A stretch of DNA of 64,000 bases from NCBI GenBank assembly GCA_040754655.1, contig JBFMCE010000002.1:1-64000 (forward strand). Reading direction: 5' to 3'. The position numbers and the translations under genes are program-made. Source of the DNA: Bdellovibrionota bacterium (GTDB lineage: Bacteria > Bdellovibrionota > UBA1018 > UBA923). Shown here piece after piece: positions 29,024 through 39,025 of the stretch (the stretch's first letter is position 1; the number at the start of each line of letters is the position of its first letter). A model generated the notes under the pieces. The model was not told the DNA's origin. It saw nothing but the letters and a program-made list of their open reading frames with translations, and ran no database searches.

Positions 29024-29143
29024 TCATTCGATGCTTCGAATTCGGAATCCTTCTCGTTCGCTCATGCGAATAGACGGAGCTCCTACCGCAAAGCGCGGAA
29101 GCGTAGGTTTGCGTTCAGTTTCACAACGTTGGTTCATCGCCAT
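29024..29143 (-). CDS. Possible 39-aa small protein (or sRNA)
   Basis: G-rich SD-like run before ATG 29143; directly downstream of a consensus sigma54 motif. Confidence 0.35.
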   Translation of the reverse strand: MAMNQRCETERKPTLPRFAVGAPSIRMSEREGFRIRSIE

Positions 29144-29189
29144 AGTTTTCCCCCCGGTAGCCACAGCACTAAGATGTGCGAGTGATATG

Positions 29190-29205
29190 AGCAAGCAGCG
29201 TGCCA
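29190..29205 (-). promoter_or_regulatory. Consensus sigma54 -24/-12 promoter
   Basis: Minus strand TGGCAC-GCTGC-TTGCT. Confidence 0.8.
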
Positions 29206-29297
29206 ATAGACCCTAAGCTTGAGTCATAAGTATTTTGTTGCGTTTCCTGAAAATGGCCCAGCAATTTTGCATGACCTCGTGTGCAAATTGCAGTGCT

Positions 29298-30029
29298 TCA
29301 AGGCCATTCCAGCTCTGCAAGCAATGCGGCATGGTCTGAAAGGTTCGCCCAGATATCGGAATGCAGGCAGCGCGCCGCGCGTATTTCAAAACCATGGTAA
29401 TAAATTCGGTCTAAACGAAGAATCGGCATGCGCGCAGGAAATGTGCGTGCGTGCCTTTTGTGACGGCGGTGATAGGCTTCTTCCAGGCCCAGCTCCTTCT
29501 TGAAGAATTTTGAGAGCCGCAGAGCCCAGTCATTGAAATCACCGGCGACCACCAACCCGTGCCCGAAAGCGACCTTCTGCTTGATGCGTTCGCAGAGCAA
29601 TGCCGCTTGCAATTGCCTGTCGCGTTCGAACAATCCGAAATGCACGCACAGCAAATGCATCTCGGGCCGAGACTCAAAAGGTTTGATCACGGCATGCAAA
29701 AGCCCTCGCCTCTCAAGAGAACTCGTAGACACGTCTTGGTTTTCCCAATGCAAGATCGGATATTTGCTTAAGATCGCATTGCCATGGTGGCCACCTTGGT
29801 AAACGGCGTTTTTCCCATACGCAAAATGCGGCCAGATAGAGTCGGCCATGAATTCAAACTGCGGCTCCATCTCGCCCTGCTTCTCGCCCATGACCTCTTG
29901 AAGGAACACCACATCCGGCGAGACCGTACGAATGGCCTCTCGGATCTCGCTCAATACATAGGCGCGATTACGCACGGTAAAACCCTTGTGGATGTTGTAG
30001 GAAAGAATCCTCAAATATTTTGCGCTCAT
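29298..30029 (-). CDS. Endonuclease/exonuclease/phosphatase family protein (YbhP-like)
   Basis: SYNIHKG, LQEV, HGNAILS, GDFNDW, LDRIY, SDH; ATG 30029 overlaps upstream stop (ATGA). Confidence 0.9.
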   Translation of the reverse strand: MSAKYLRILSYNIHKGFTVRNRAYVLSEIREAIRTVSPDVVFLQEVMGEKQGEMEPQFEFMADSIWPHFAYGKNAVYQGGHHGNAILSKYPILHWENQDVSTSSLERRGLLHAVIKPFESRPEMHLLCVHFGLFERDRQLQAALLCERIKQKVAFGHGLVVAGDFNDWALRLSKFFKKELGLEEAYHRRHKRHARTFPARMPILRLDRIYYHGFEIRAARCLHSDIWANLSDHAALLAELEWP

Positions 30030-32122
30030 CTCAAGCGAAACACTCCGACGCCGACAGTAGCAACAATGTAGAAAACAAAAAACCCGATGCCGCCATTGAA
30101 ACCCAGGGTCTCCGATACTATCCCGCTCAAATAAGAAAGCCCGGCATACAACGACGACAACCATACTCCCGAGGCCAGAAACCACCGTACCGGAAAAGAA
30201 AACACTCCTTGATAACCGATCTTCGACTGAAAACCGATCCTGGGATCTGCCATCACCAAGAGCAGAAGCCAGAAATTTCTCAGCCCGAAAGTGCGGTGCA
30301 GCCTTTCAGAAGAAGCCTTGCGATAAAAAACCCGAGCCACGGTAGGAAAGATTCTGGCAAACGTATATCCGGCCAGGGCAGACGAAAAGAGCGCGAAAAA
30401 AGAAGTGAGTCCCCCTGCCCTCGGCCCGAATTGGAGACCCGCTGCAATCACCCCCAGGCCCACAGGCAACGGCACAAGCCAGCTGGCGCTTAAGAACAAG
30501 ATATAGAGCACGGCCCAGGCGAGGGGCTGGGGCTGAAAGGTAGGGCCAAGGGCTTTCATGGCTGAACCCAGCGCCACGAACGCCAAACCATGGGTAAACA
30601 ATAGCGCACCCCAAGTCAGAAACGGAAGCGCTCGCCTCATCCTCTTGCTGCGCTCAACAGAAAGACGCGCCTTCAAGAAAAAAGCCCATGGAACATTGGG
30701 ATCAAAGAGCCTGCCTATCGGCAGATGCTTGGCGAGCCATGCCTCAAAGGTGCGGAAATAAGGCAACCAAGCCTCGCGAAAGTGCTTCAGATAGACATGA
30801 GGTTCGGTTCGAAACTCGCGCACATGAATGGTCTCTTCCGGATAGAACAGGCTGAACGTCTTTTGCCCCCAATGCGCGACGATGCGTTTGGCAAGGCGGG
30901 CGATGCGCAAGCGCGTCTCTTCAGTTTCGCCCACTAAAGTGAGGTTGAGCTCAGTGTCGAGCCGAAACGCGCGGTTATTGAGGTTGGCAGAGCCTATCGC
31001 CATGTAGCGGTCATCAACGATCGCGACCTTTGAGTGCACGTAAATGCTCTTCTCATCAGAGAGGTCCGGAGCCAGAGCATACGGGCATCCCGCGACAAAC
31101 AACGTCCGCGTTTCTTTTGCGACCTTCTCAAGGCGTTCTAAAAGCGCTGTCTGTAAAACTCCCATCATTCGAAATGCCGTCGACCCATTGAGTGGCGCCG
31201 GAACGACAAGTAGAATTTTCAAGCCCGTTCCCGCCCGCGCTCGCATCAAAGTTGAAAGTTCATCATTGATTTGCGGCGACCAGTAGTACTGGTTCTCAAT
31301 CACCAACTGGTGGCGCACCGACCGGATAAGGTCGTGGATGAGAAACTCGCTTTCCCTCACCAAGAGCGGACGACGCAAATCGACCGAAGCCCGGGTTCGG
31401 CTGATCAACAGCCGGTATTTTCCCGCTCCTTCCAAACGCGCCATCCGCGGCCGTTCGGGAAACGGAATCGAACTGATCGCTCGCCAACGCGCTCCGATGT
31501 ACTCAACCAGGTCTACGGCCACCTCTCCCCGCACTTCAACCGTCATGTCGTGGTAAGGGCGATGTTCTTCTTTTTCGTGATCCAGCGAACGCCTGCTATC
31601 GGAATAGAAATGTTGGGGAGAATCCCAACGGTCATCGCAGATATCGACCCCGCCCACAAAGGCGGTTTCACCATCAATGATGACGAATTTTTCATGATGC
31701 GATCCTCCGAGCGGGTGCCGGTTATCAAAGACGAAATGCAGGCGCTCGTGCAGCCCCTCCCAAACCCAGCTTTGCAGGATCTCGCGTTCGAAGACATAAA
31801 AATACGCATAGTCCCAGACGAGAAAGTAGATGTGGAAGTCAGGCTTTTCGGCGCACAAACGCACGAGAAATTCCCTAAAGCTCTCATGACGCGACGTCGA
31901 AAGCTCGATGCGCGAATCGAGCTGCCACCCTACGAAAATCGCATAAGAATAGGCCTTGCCCAAACACTCTTGAAGACGCTCATAATAAGGGCCGGCTTCC
32001 CAAATCGGCTCCCAGACCTCACTCGTCGTTTGACGATAGTAGGCGCGCTGAGAGAGTTCTTCTTTCCAGTGAAGTGGTCCGGGCTTCTCTGTCTTTGCCC
32101 GCAACGCGCTTTGAAATTTCAT
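30026..32122 (-). CDS. Phospholipase D / cardiolipin-synthase-like protein with C-terminal VTT (DedA)-like membrane domain
   Basis: Two HKD motifs (HEKFVIID, HSKVAIVD..GSANLN); hydrophobic C-terminus. Confidence 0.85.
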   Translation of the reverse strand: MKFQSALRAKTEKPGPLHWKEELSQRAYYRQTTSEVWEPIWEAGPYYERLQECLGKAYSYAIFVGWQLDSRIELSTSRHESFREFLVRLCAEKPDFHIYFLVWDYAYFYVFEREILQSWVWEGLHERLHFVFDNRHPLGGSHHEKFVIIDGETAFVGGVDICDDRWDSPQHFYSDSRRSLDHEKEEHRPYHDMTVEVRGEVAVDLVEYIGARWRAISSIPFPERPRMARLEGAGKYRLLISRTRASVDLRRPLLVRESEFLIHDLIRSVRHQLVIENQYYWSPQINDELSTLMRARAGTGLKILLVVPAPLNGSTAFRMMGVLQTALLERLEKVAKETRTLFVAGCPYALAPDLSDEKSIYVHSKVAIVDDRYMAIGSANLNNRAFRLDTELNLTLVGETEETRLRIARLAKRIVAHWGQKTFSLFYPEETIHVREFRTEPHVYLKHFREAWLPYFRTFEAWLAKHLPIGRLFDPNVPWAFFLKARLSVERSKRMRRALPFLTWGALLFTHGLAFVALGSAMKALGPTFQPQPLAWAVLYILFLSASWLVPLPVGLGVIAAGLQFGPRAGGLTSFFALFSSALAGYTFARIFPTVARVFYRKASSERLHRTFGLRNFWLLLLVMADPRIGFQSKIGYQGVFSFPVRWFLASGVWLSSLYAGLSYLSGIVSETLGFNGGIGFFVFYIVATVGVGVFRLR

Positions 32123-32181
32123 AGCCGCAAAGGGGGCTGCAAGTCATAGACCAGGCGCGCTTTGTGCATGACTTTGGTCGC

Positions 32182-32682
32182 ATGAATGCTCAACCAAAAC
32201 CGCAACAACACCTCTCGGCGCTAGACTTTGTATTCAGCCAACATGATCAGCTTAATCTTGAACTCAAACTTCTTCTTAAACTGACCGCATTATGCGGCAG
32301 GCCAAGTGAAAACCGAGATCAAATCGAAGCAGAGTGGAATGAGATGAGAAAACTTGTGGCGAGGGTGCATCACTATGTAAACGGGTTGTTACCAGACCAT
32401 CAGCGGTTTGAGGAAAAAAAGATCTTCGAGGTGGCACGACCAAGGCTGTCAACCCACGAGCAACGCCAAATGGAAGAATTGATCCAAGAACACCGCAGCA
32501 TGGAACCTCTCATTGAGCGTCTTTCAGGCTCACTGAAACAATGGATGAATTTCGCCCAAGCTCCTTCGAGCGAAGAACTTTTGCGATTCAATTGGCTCGC
32601 AGATGAATTTCGTTTTCACGTCGAGGGCCACGAGAAAAAAGAAGAGGCGGTGCTCTCATTGCTTGGAACCGCTATAGGCTAG
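32182..32682 (+). CDS. Hemerythrin-like (HHE) domain protein
   Basis: QH..., HQRFEEKKIF, EH, HVEGHEKKEE. Confidence 0.7.
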   Translation: MNAQPKPQQHLSALDFVFSQHDQLNLELKLLLKLTALCGRPSENRDQIEAEWNEMRKLVARVHHYVNGLLPDHQRFEEKKIFEVARPRLSTHEQRQMEELIQEHRSMEPLIERLSGSLKQWMNFAQAPSSEELLRFNWLADEFRFHVEGHEKKEEAVLSLLGTAIG

Positions 32683-32692
32683 CGTTTCGCAT

Positions 32693-34552
32693 TCAAGTGT
32701 TTCGCACGACCGAGCGGCGATTGCCTTCAAGGATCTTTTTCCGGATGCGAACGCTCTCAGGCGTCACTTCAACCCACTCGTCCTCATCGATCCACTCTAA
32801 GCATTCTTCGAGCGACATATTGCGAACACCGCGTAGAGTAACCAAAACCTCCGCGTGAGCGGCGCGAATATTCGTGAGCTTCTTCTCCCGGCAAGGATTG
32901 ACGTTGAGATCGTTGTCACGGTTGTTTTCGCCAATGACCATTCCTTCGTATACAGGGGCGCCCGGTTTCACGAAAAGAATGCCCCGGTCCTCGAGTCCTA
33001 GCAGACCATACTCAACAGCCTCGCCTGTTCTATCGCTCACAAGAGCGCCATTCACGCGATGCACGAGCGTGCCGCGCCACGGGCGATAATCCTCGAACTG
33101 AGTATTGAAGATGCCTTCACCACGAGTTTCCGTAAGATAGCGTGAGCGGATTCCAATCAGTCCACGAGTGGGGATGACGAATTCAAGCCGAACCCTGCCC
33201 TCATGCTCTGTTTTGTATTCGAGCAATTGGCCCTTGCGGGTTTGAAAGAGGTCTGTCACCGCTCCAACGTAGGTTTGAGGAAGGTCAAGGATAGCCCGCT
33301 CATGAGGTTCTTGCTTTTGGCCATCGATCTCTTGAACAACGACCATGGGTTTTCCGACCATGAACTCGTAACCCTCTCGCCGCATCTGTTCGATCAAGAT
33401 GGCAAGCTGCAACTCGCCTCTGCCCAAAACCCTGAACTGCTCTGAACTCTCGGTCGGCTCCATGCGAAGCGCGACATTTCCGCGGGTTTCTCGTTCAAGC
33501 CGTTCTTTGAGTTTTCGCGACTGGATCGGTTCGCCTTCTTTTCCTGAAAGCGGCGAGGTGTTCACTGAGAACACCATGCTGATCGTCGGTGGATCGACTT
33601 TGATCCGAGGCAAAGCCACGGGTTGCGTGCCTGGTTCCGGTAAAGTTACCAGGGTGTCGCCAATTTCTACCGACTCATTGCCTGCGAAAACCCCGATGTC
33701 GCCCGCGACAAGCTCCGCGACTTCGATCTGTTTGAGGCCTTCGAAAGTATAAAGGGCCGACAGATTGAAAGTCTCTGTCTTTCCATTGTCACCCAGACGC
33801 ATCAGGCGCGCGCCTTTTTTGACCCGTCCCTGCGTAACGCGCCCGATGGAAAGGCGTCCCACGTATTCGCTGTACGAGAGATTGCTCACCAAGACTTGAA
33901 ATGGGCGATCGAGATCGCGCTTTGGCGGGGAAACATCGCGCAGGATCACGTCGAATAAAGGACGAAGGCCAGCCCCCTTCGTTTTTCCCGCAAGCAACTC
34001 TTCAAGATCGTCGTGATTCTCGGTGCACCACCCCTGGCGAGCACAGGCATAGACGATCGGAAAATCTGCTTGGCGTTCATCCGCGCCAAGATCCATGAAT
34101 AAATCGAAGGTCGCATTGACGACATGGTCTACCCTGGCGTCAGGACGATCGACCTTGTTTACGACCAGAATGATGCGCAACCCCTGCTTCAGCGCCTTTG
34201 AGAGCACAAACCTTGTTTGAGGAAGGGGTCCTTCCGCGGCATCCACGAGCAGAAGCGCCCCGTCGACCATGCCCATGATGCGCTCTACCTCGCCTCCGAA
34301 GTCGGCGTGGCCAGGCGTATCGACGATGTTGATCTTGGTATCGCCCACCCGGACCGAGGTGTTTTTCGCCAAGATGGTGATTCCGCGCTCGCGCTCAAGG
34401 TCCATCGAATCCATGACGCGCTCGACAAGCGCCTCGTGGCTTGCGAAAGCCCCAGACTGCCTGAGCAAGCCGTCAACTAAAGTTGTTTTACCATGATCGA
34501 CGTGAGCGATGATGGCGACGTTCCGTATATCTTTAAATGGTATTTGTGACAC
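32693..34552 (-). CDS. typA: Translational GTPase TypA/BipA
   Basis: IAHVDHGKTT, ERGITILAKN, DTPGHADF, GRGELQL, KKLTNIRA. Confidence 0.97.
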   Translation of the reverse strand: MSQIPFKDIRNVAIIAHVDHGKTTLVDGLLRQSGAFASHEALVERVMDSMDLERERGITILAKNTSVRVGDTKINIVDTPGHADFGGEVERIMGMVDGALLLVDAAEGPLPQTRFVLSKALKQGLRIILVVNKVDRPDARVDHVVNATFDLFMDLGADERQADFPIVYACARQGWCTENHDDLEELLAGKTKGAGLRPLFDVILRDVSPPKRDLDRPFQVLVSNLSYSEYVGRLSIGRVTQGRVKKGARLMRLGDNGKTETFNLSALYTFEGLKQIEVAELVAGDIGVFAGNESVEIGDTLVTLPEPGTQPVALPRIKVDPPTISMVFSVNTSPLSGKEGEPIQSRKLKERLERETRGNVALRMEPTESSEQFRVLGRGELQLAILIEQMRREGYEFMVGKPMVVVQEIDGQKQEPHERAILDLPQTYVGAVTDLFQTRKGQLLEYKTEHEGRVRLEFVIPTRGLIGIRSRYLTETRGEGIFNTQFEDYRPWRGTLVHRVNGALVSDRTGEAVEYGLLGLEDRGILFVKPGAPVYEGMVIGENNRDNDLNVNPCREKKLTNIRAAHAEVLVTLRGVRNMSLEECLEWIDEDEWVEVTPESVRIRKKILEGNRRSVVRNT

Positions 34553-34558
34553 GAAGCC

Positions 34559-34587
34559 AATCTACGCGGCGTGGGCGCCGTATGCAA
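34559..34587 (-). promoter_or_regulatory. Sigma70-type promoter of typA
   Basis: Minus strand TTGCAT-N17-TAGATT ending 6 nt before the GTG start. Confidence 0.6.
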
Positions 34588-34791
34588 GCGTAAGTAAGGT
34601 CAAGATCCATTAACAAGCAGTATTAGCCAAGATAAATCCGCGCTTTGCTTTTAAAGAAGGCCAGGAAAAGCCAGATTGCATTGTCGCTCTAGAGAGGGGC
34701 ACCACAATCCTAAAGAGAGGGTTTAGAGGGGTTTGCGCCAAACCAAGGTTCAATTTCAGTTATTCCTTTCGAGAAGCCGAGGAATTATCCG

Positions 34792-34820
34792 TTGACGCAA
34801 GCGATAAGGTTCATTATAAA
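34792..34820 (+). promoter_or_regulatory. Sigma70-type promoter of the tRNA
   Basis: TTGACG-N17-TATAAA. Confidence 0.75.
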
Positions 34821-34863
34821 CAGCGATCTCTAGCATTTATTGCCGTTTGTTGACCCAATCGAC

Positions 34864-34939
34864 GTCCCCATCGTCTAGAGGCCTAGGACATCGCCCTTTC
34901 ACGGCGGTAACCGGGGTTCGAATCCCCGTGGGGACGCCA
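34864..34939 (+). tRNA. tRNA-Glu (anticodon TTC)
   Basis: GTCCCCA/TGGGGAC acceptor stem, CTTTCAC anticodon loop, GGTTCGAATCC T-arm, encoded CCA; 76 nt. Confidence 0.97.
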
Positions 34940-34983
34940 AATAAAAAAAGCCCGCCACCTGCGGTGACGGGCTTTTTTTATTT
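34939..34983 (+). terminator. Intrinsic terminator after tRNA
   Basis: AAATAAAAAAAGCCCG...CGGGCTTTTTTTATTT. Confidence 0.9.
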
Positions 34984-35079
34984 GATGTACTCATGTGGAG
35001 ATGAGAACGCCGCGTAGCCGAAGGGGCGAGCACGCGAAGTGCGAGCCAATCCCCGTAAATGTTAGGTCAATAGCCGTGT

Positions 35080-35304
35080 ATGGTTGAGCGTAAATCTCAA
35101 ACACCAGAAGAACTTGAAGCCCAACTCTTCGGAATCGATCTCAGCCTCATCGATCATAATTTAAATTTAACGATCGACAAACGTCTTGAACAACACCAAG
35201 GCGCTCTAGAATTAGTCTTAGATTTACAAGAAGCAAAAAAACGTTTCGACAAAGAACAAGAAGACAATGAAAGATCTAAACTCTCTTCTAAAAATTCTAA
35301 CTGA
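35080..35304 (+). CDS. Small helical protein, putative partner/antitoxin of downstream nucleotidyltransferase
   Basis: 74 aa, GIDLSLIDHNLNLTIDKRLEQH; overlaps next gene by 38 nt. Confidence 0.65.
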   Translation: MVERKSQTPEELEAQLFGIDLSLIDHNLNLTIDKRLEQHQGALELVLDLQEAKKRFDKEQEDNERSKLSSKNSN

Positions 35305-35746
35305 TTCAGGCATCGATTTTGTACTAGTCGGCGGTTACGCCGCCACAGTGTACGGCTCAGCACTTATCACTCAAGATCTCGACATTTGTGCAGTGATCAC
35401 CAAAGAAAACGTCGATAAGCTTCGTACCTGTTTAAGAAACTATCATCCGACCCATCGAATGATCCCTAATCGAATTTCTTTTTTAACGCACCCATCAGAT
35501 GTTACAGGATGGAATAATCTATATTTAGAAACAGACTTGGGAACAGTCGACGTACTTAATCAAATTACTGGTGTTGGCGACTATGAAAAAGTCGCGAAGA
35601 ACGCAATTGAACTCAAGATCTTTGGGCAAAAATGCAAAGTAATCTCAATCGATGACCTTATTCTCGCCAAGCAAGCGATGGGTCGTCCTAAAGATTTACA
35701 CACCATCAAAGAACTCGAAGTCATTCGGGCTAAAACAAAAAAATGA
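35267..35746 (+). CDS. Minimal nucleotidyltransferase
   Basis: LVGGYA..YG...TQDLDI, VDVL, DDLILAKQAMGRPKD. Confidence 0.85.
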   Translation: MKDLNSLLKILTDSGIDFVLVGGYAATVYGSALITQDLDICAVITKENVDKLRTCLRNYHPTHRMIPNRISFLTHPSDVTGWNNLYLETDLGTVDVLNQITGVGDYEKVAKNAIELKIFGQKCKVISIDDLILAKQAMGRPKDLHTIKELEVIRAKTKK

Positions 35747-36016
35747 CCGCTATCGTCGTCTTTATTTCTACAAGCCCGATTGTTAGCATTGGCTAACGAT
35801 CCAATTTCGCATGCAAATGCTTGTTTTCAGGGGTGCACTACAGTATCGACTGAAAAGGATGTTCTCCGCTTGAATTCATCTTCAATAATTGGATAAATAA
35901 TTTTAGAAAATGCGCTAATCCAATAGATAGCGGTTATTGCGAACCCCTTCATTGGATTTGACAGATTCAGATTTACATTAAACTTACTTGTAGCTAGGGT
36001 CGTCTTCGGGGGTTTT

Positions 36017-37498
36017 ATGCCAAAACTGCCATTTTCATTAAGAGCGATTACAATACTGACAACATCATTCTTCGCAGCGCAAGCCGCCGATGCTTCTTCG
36101 ATTGTCTTTAAATGCACGGTAAAGAACCAAGACGGCGTGATTTTCCTCGAGGACCACAGCTTTGCAGCACCTTCCAATAAACTTCATTTTGAAATTGAAG
36201 AAAAATCTTACGCCCTCACCCTACACCAGCCAGCACCAAATACTCCTACGACTCCATTTAAGATGGAAATCCAAGCGGCGACGGTAGAGCACGGAGAAGG
36301 CGTAGACGCTCATGCGGCTGACCGTGACGTTTATCGCATCACCCGGGATGCATCGCAGAAGCCGCTGCTTGAAGCCACAATCATAAAAGAAGCGCTCACC
36401 GAAGACGGAATCTTTGGCAGTTTTTTCTTGAAGAGCGGCTTGTTTAAGAAAAACCGCTCTATACATGCCTCGTGCAAACCCCTTGGTTTTGGCAAAAAAG
36501 CGCAGAATGACAAAGCGCTAGACGTATTGAAAAAAGGCAATGGCGGCAACCTTGCCGAGCTCATCGAGGTTCTAAAAGAAGCTAGCCCCATTCATGAAAT
36601 CTTCGATGAAGACGGACGTCCTCTGCTTCATCTTGCGGCTGAAAAAGAAGGCGCGGCGGTGTTTTCTTTTTTAACGAAGGTGATGACCCAGCAACCCGCT
36701 AGACTAGAAGTTCCTAGCCCAATGGGAGGCGATGCACTTTATCTTATTGCGGCCTTGAAGGAACCTTACCAAAAAGAAATATACAAGGCTGACCTGCTTA
36801 TGGATGAGGGAGCGAGAGCGAACCGTATTCAGAAAATCAGGCTTCCAAGTGGCAACTTTTACTATCAAAGCGCTCTTGAACGAGCCAAAGAGATCCACCC
36901 TAAACTAGCTGGCAGTATGGAATGGAGAATTGAAAACCGCTCAACTCATCCGAGCCCTCCAGATCGACTCCATAAACAAAAAGGAGAGCTCAATTGTGGA
37001 AATGAACCCATTGCGGCTGAGACCAATCCTGACCTTACAGGCGTTTGGAGCGGAGAAGGGCGATGTGAGTGTGCGAGTGATGGCCTACCTAAGCCTGCGC
37101 CACGTGGCATGCGATGTGGCATTAGGCTTGAGCTCTTCAGCACAGGCTCGGAATTCAGCATCGTTGAAGCCGGAGTTTTTGGTAGCGGCCTAGGGGTCTT
37201 TCAACCCGGTGTATCGACCATCAAAGCAGGCAATCGTTTGGTACCGGTTGGTTATCAAATCCCCCAATCTTTCGGAGAAATGTCTAAGCGCTGGATTTAT
37301 GATTCGTGCTTCAACTCAAATTCGGTGAAATTGAAGTTTGAACGCTTGACTGAAAACCCAGTTCACCCTGACCTTTTTCAAGTGATGGAATTTCGTCTGA
37401 GCGACGACAAACAGTCGCTTCACTTCGAAGTCAGTCATGGAATTTATTCCTCAAGTTGTTGGGTAGCGGGCACGCTGTCGAAAAAGACTTCAGACTGA
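36017..37498 (+). CDS. Secreted hypothetical protein with degenerate ankyrin-like repeats
   Basis: Signal peptide; DGRPLLHLAAEKEG, GGDALYLIAA..LLMDEGA; DLTGVWSG beta domain. Confidence 0.55.
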   Translation: MPKLPFSLRAITILTTSFFAAQAADASSIVFKCTVKNQDGVIFLEDHSFAAPSNKLHFEIEEKSYALTLHQPAPNTPTTPFKMEIQAATVEHGEGVDAHAADRDVYRITRDASQKPLLEATIIKEALTEDGIFGSFFLKSGLFKKNRSIHASCKPLGFGKKAQNDKALDVLKKGNGGNLAELIEVLKEASPIHEIFDEDGRPLLHLAAEKEGAAVFSFLTKVMTQQPARLEVPSPMGGDALYLIAALKEPYQKEIYKADLLMDEGARANRIQKIRLPSGNFYYQSALERAKEIHPKLAGSMEWRIENRSTHPSPPDRLHKQKGELNCGNEPIAAETNPDLTGVWSGEGRCECASDGLPKPAPRGMRCGIRLELFSTGSEFSIVEAGVFGSGLGVFQPGVSTIKAGNRLVPVGYQIPQSFGEMSKRWIYDSCFNSNSVKLKFERLTENPVHPDLFQVMEFRLSDDKQSLHFEVSHGIYSSSCWVAGTLSKKTSD

Positions 37499-37504
37499 AG
37501 ATCG

Positions 37505-38899
37505 TTAAGGAGTCCAAATCCAACGAATCTTTTCGCCTGAAAGATCTTGCACTCCAATACCCCAGACTGCCGGAGCGCTTGGAGCGGGGCCCTTAGCCCC
37601 ATCATTGGTCGAGCCGAGCACGATCATCTTGCGAAGCCCTATAATATCGCTCCCATTATTTTCAGATGCGTACTCGAGCACATGAAGTTCCCACTCACGA
37701 ATGGCGTTGATTTTCTCACGGGTGTAACCCGCGAGTTTGGCGTTGGGGAGAAGTGCAGGAATTTCTTGACCGTAAAGCGTTCCTCCGCTCGAGAGCGCTC
37801 TAGCGATTTCATCAAAAAAGTGCTGATTGTTTTCTGATACACCCATTCCCTGGACTCCATGGACGGCGTCCTTCAACTGGGTAATCTCTGGTTTGACTGC
37901 GCCGCTTGAGAAAAGGTCGCGCACTTGTTGACCAAACTCTGAAGAATAAGCAAAGGCGGGTTCTGCGGTCATAATTTCTTTATTGTGCACAGAAGGGTTG
38001 ATGTCTTCGATGACAGCGCGCAGATGTTTTTTCAAGTAAGGGACCTTTGGCGCCTCGATTCCCGGAAAAACGTTCGAATAAATGAGGCGTTTGTCTTTCC
38101 AAATAGCGAGCGACGGATCCGCATCGAGCACGTTGTTCGCATAAGCTTCGTTAGCGGTTTGAATGACGATGCCAATGATTTCGTACGATGGCAACCCGCC
38201 TCCTTCGATGCGAAGAACCGTGCGCTTCAAAGAGCGTCCTTCGGCCTCGCCCAATCCCATGAAGTCCTCTATGACTTTTTCACGCAAGCTTGAGCTCGAA
38301 ATACAACCCCAACCACGACAAAGGGTTGGTATCTCGGGCTGATCCAAGAACCTGTCTTTTCCGAGCCAGGTGGAACTGCCGAGATGCCAAGTGAGGAGGC
38401 CAAGCACGCGTGGTGAATACAACACCATCGCATTGAGATTCACGTTGGGTTCTACCCTACGACGATTTGCAGAAGCATGGTTGTGCGAGGGAAGACTATC
38501 GATCTTCGCATCGTCGCGAAAAAGGATGTTCAGGCCGCCAAGCTCCGTCGCAATGGGTCTGCCGATACTGTGATGATTTACAAGATTCAAAATGGCGGTA
38601 CGGGCCGTTCGAGGAGTTTCAGATTGAAAGTCTGGAAGATACCGCGCATTTAAGAGTTGAGGAAGCTTCGCGATCGGCACGACCATGTAAAAGTACGGAA
38701 GCCCTGACGCAACAGCGAGGTCGCCCAACTCTTCACGTTCTCGAGCTACCTCGAAACCACCGTACGGATCAAAACCCGCAGTTTGCGCAAGAAGCTTCTC
38801 ACAAAGTAAACCACTCTTCTTTTGACCAGCGCCGTGAGTTATTACAGAAGTCAAAATCAGCCCTAAAACAACAAGTAGTTGAGCGACAAATTTGTTCAT
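37505..38899 (-). CDS. Secreted hypothetical protein
   Basis: 464-aa ORF with signal peptide; no recognisable motif. Confidence 0.6.
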   Translation of the reverse strand: MNKFVAQLLVVLGLILTSVITHGAGQKKSGLLCEKLLAQTAGFDPYGGFEVAREREELGDLAVASGLPYFYMVVPIAKLPQLLNARYLPDFQSETPRTARTAILNLVNHHSIGRPIATELGGLNILFRDDAKIDSLPSHNHASANRRRVEPNVNLNAMVLYSPRVLGLLTWHLGSSTWLGKDRFLDQPEIPTLCRGWGCISSSSLREKVIEDFMGLGEAEGRSLKRTVLRIEGGGLPSYEIIGIVIQTANEAYANNVLDADPSLAIWKDKRLIYSNVFPGIEAPKVPYLKKHLRAVIEDINPSVHNKEIMTAEPAFAYSSEFGQQVRDLFSSGAVKPEITQLKDAVHGVQGMGVSENNQHFFDEIARALSSGGTLYGQEIPALLPNAKLAGYTREKINAIREWELHVLEYASENNGSDIIGLRKMIVLGSTNDGAKGPAPSAPAVWGIGVQDLSGEKIRWIWTP

Positions 38900-39025
38900 A
38901 GAGGCTTAGGCGGCTACCATGAGTTGACAATTACAGTCAACTAAAAAGAACTGTTTGTGGGACTCAGGGTTCACGCCGACCCAGAAACCCACCACGCCCC
39001 AAAAAGCATCGATGCAAGCCTTCCT

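Noticed and set aside
29298..32122. PLD-VTT fusion next to an EEP gene
   Set aside because: Resembles the known ybhP-clsB type neighbourhood
34690..34733. AGAGGGG repeated three times upstream of the tRNA promoter
   Set aside because: Short and low complexity; no supportable function
35827..36177. 116-aa minus-strand ORF
   Set aside because: Overlaps the start of a longer gene; no motif or SD
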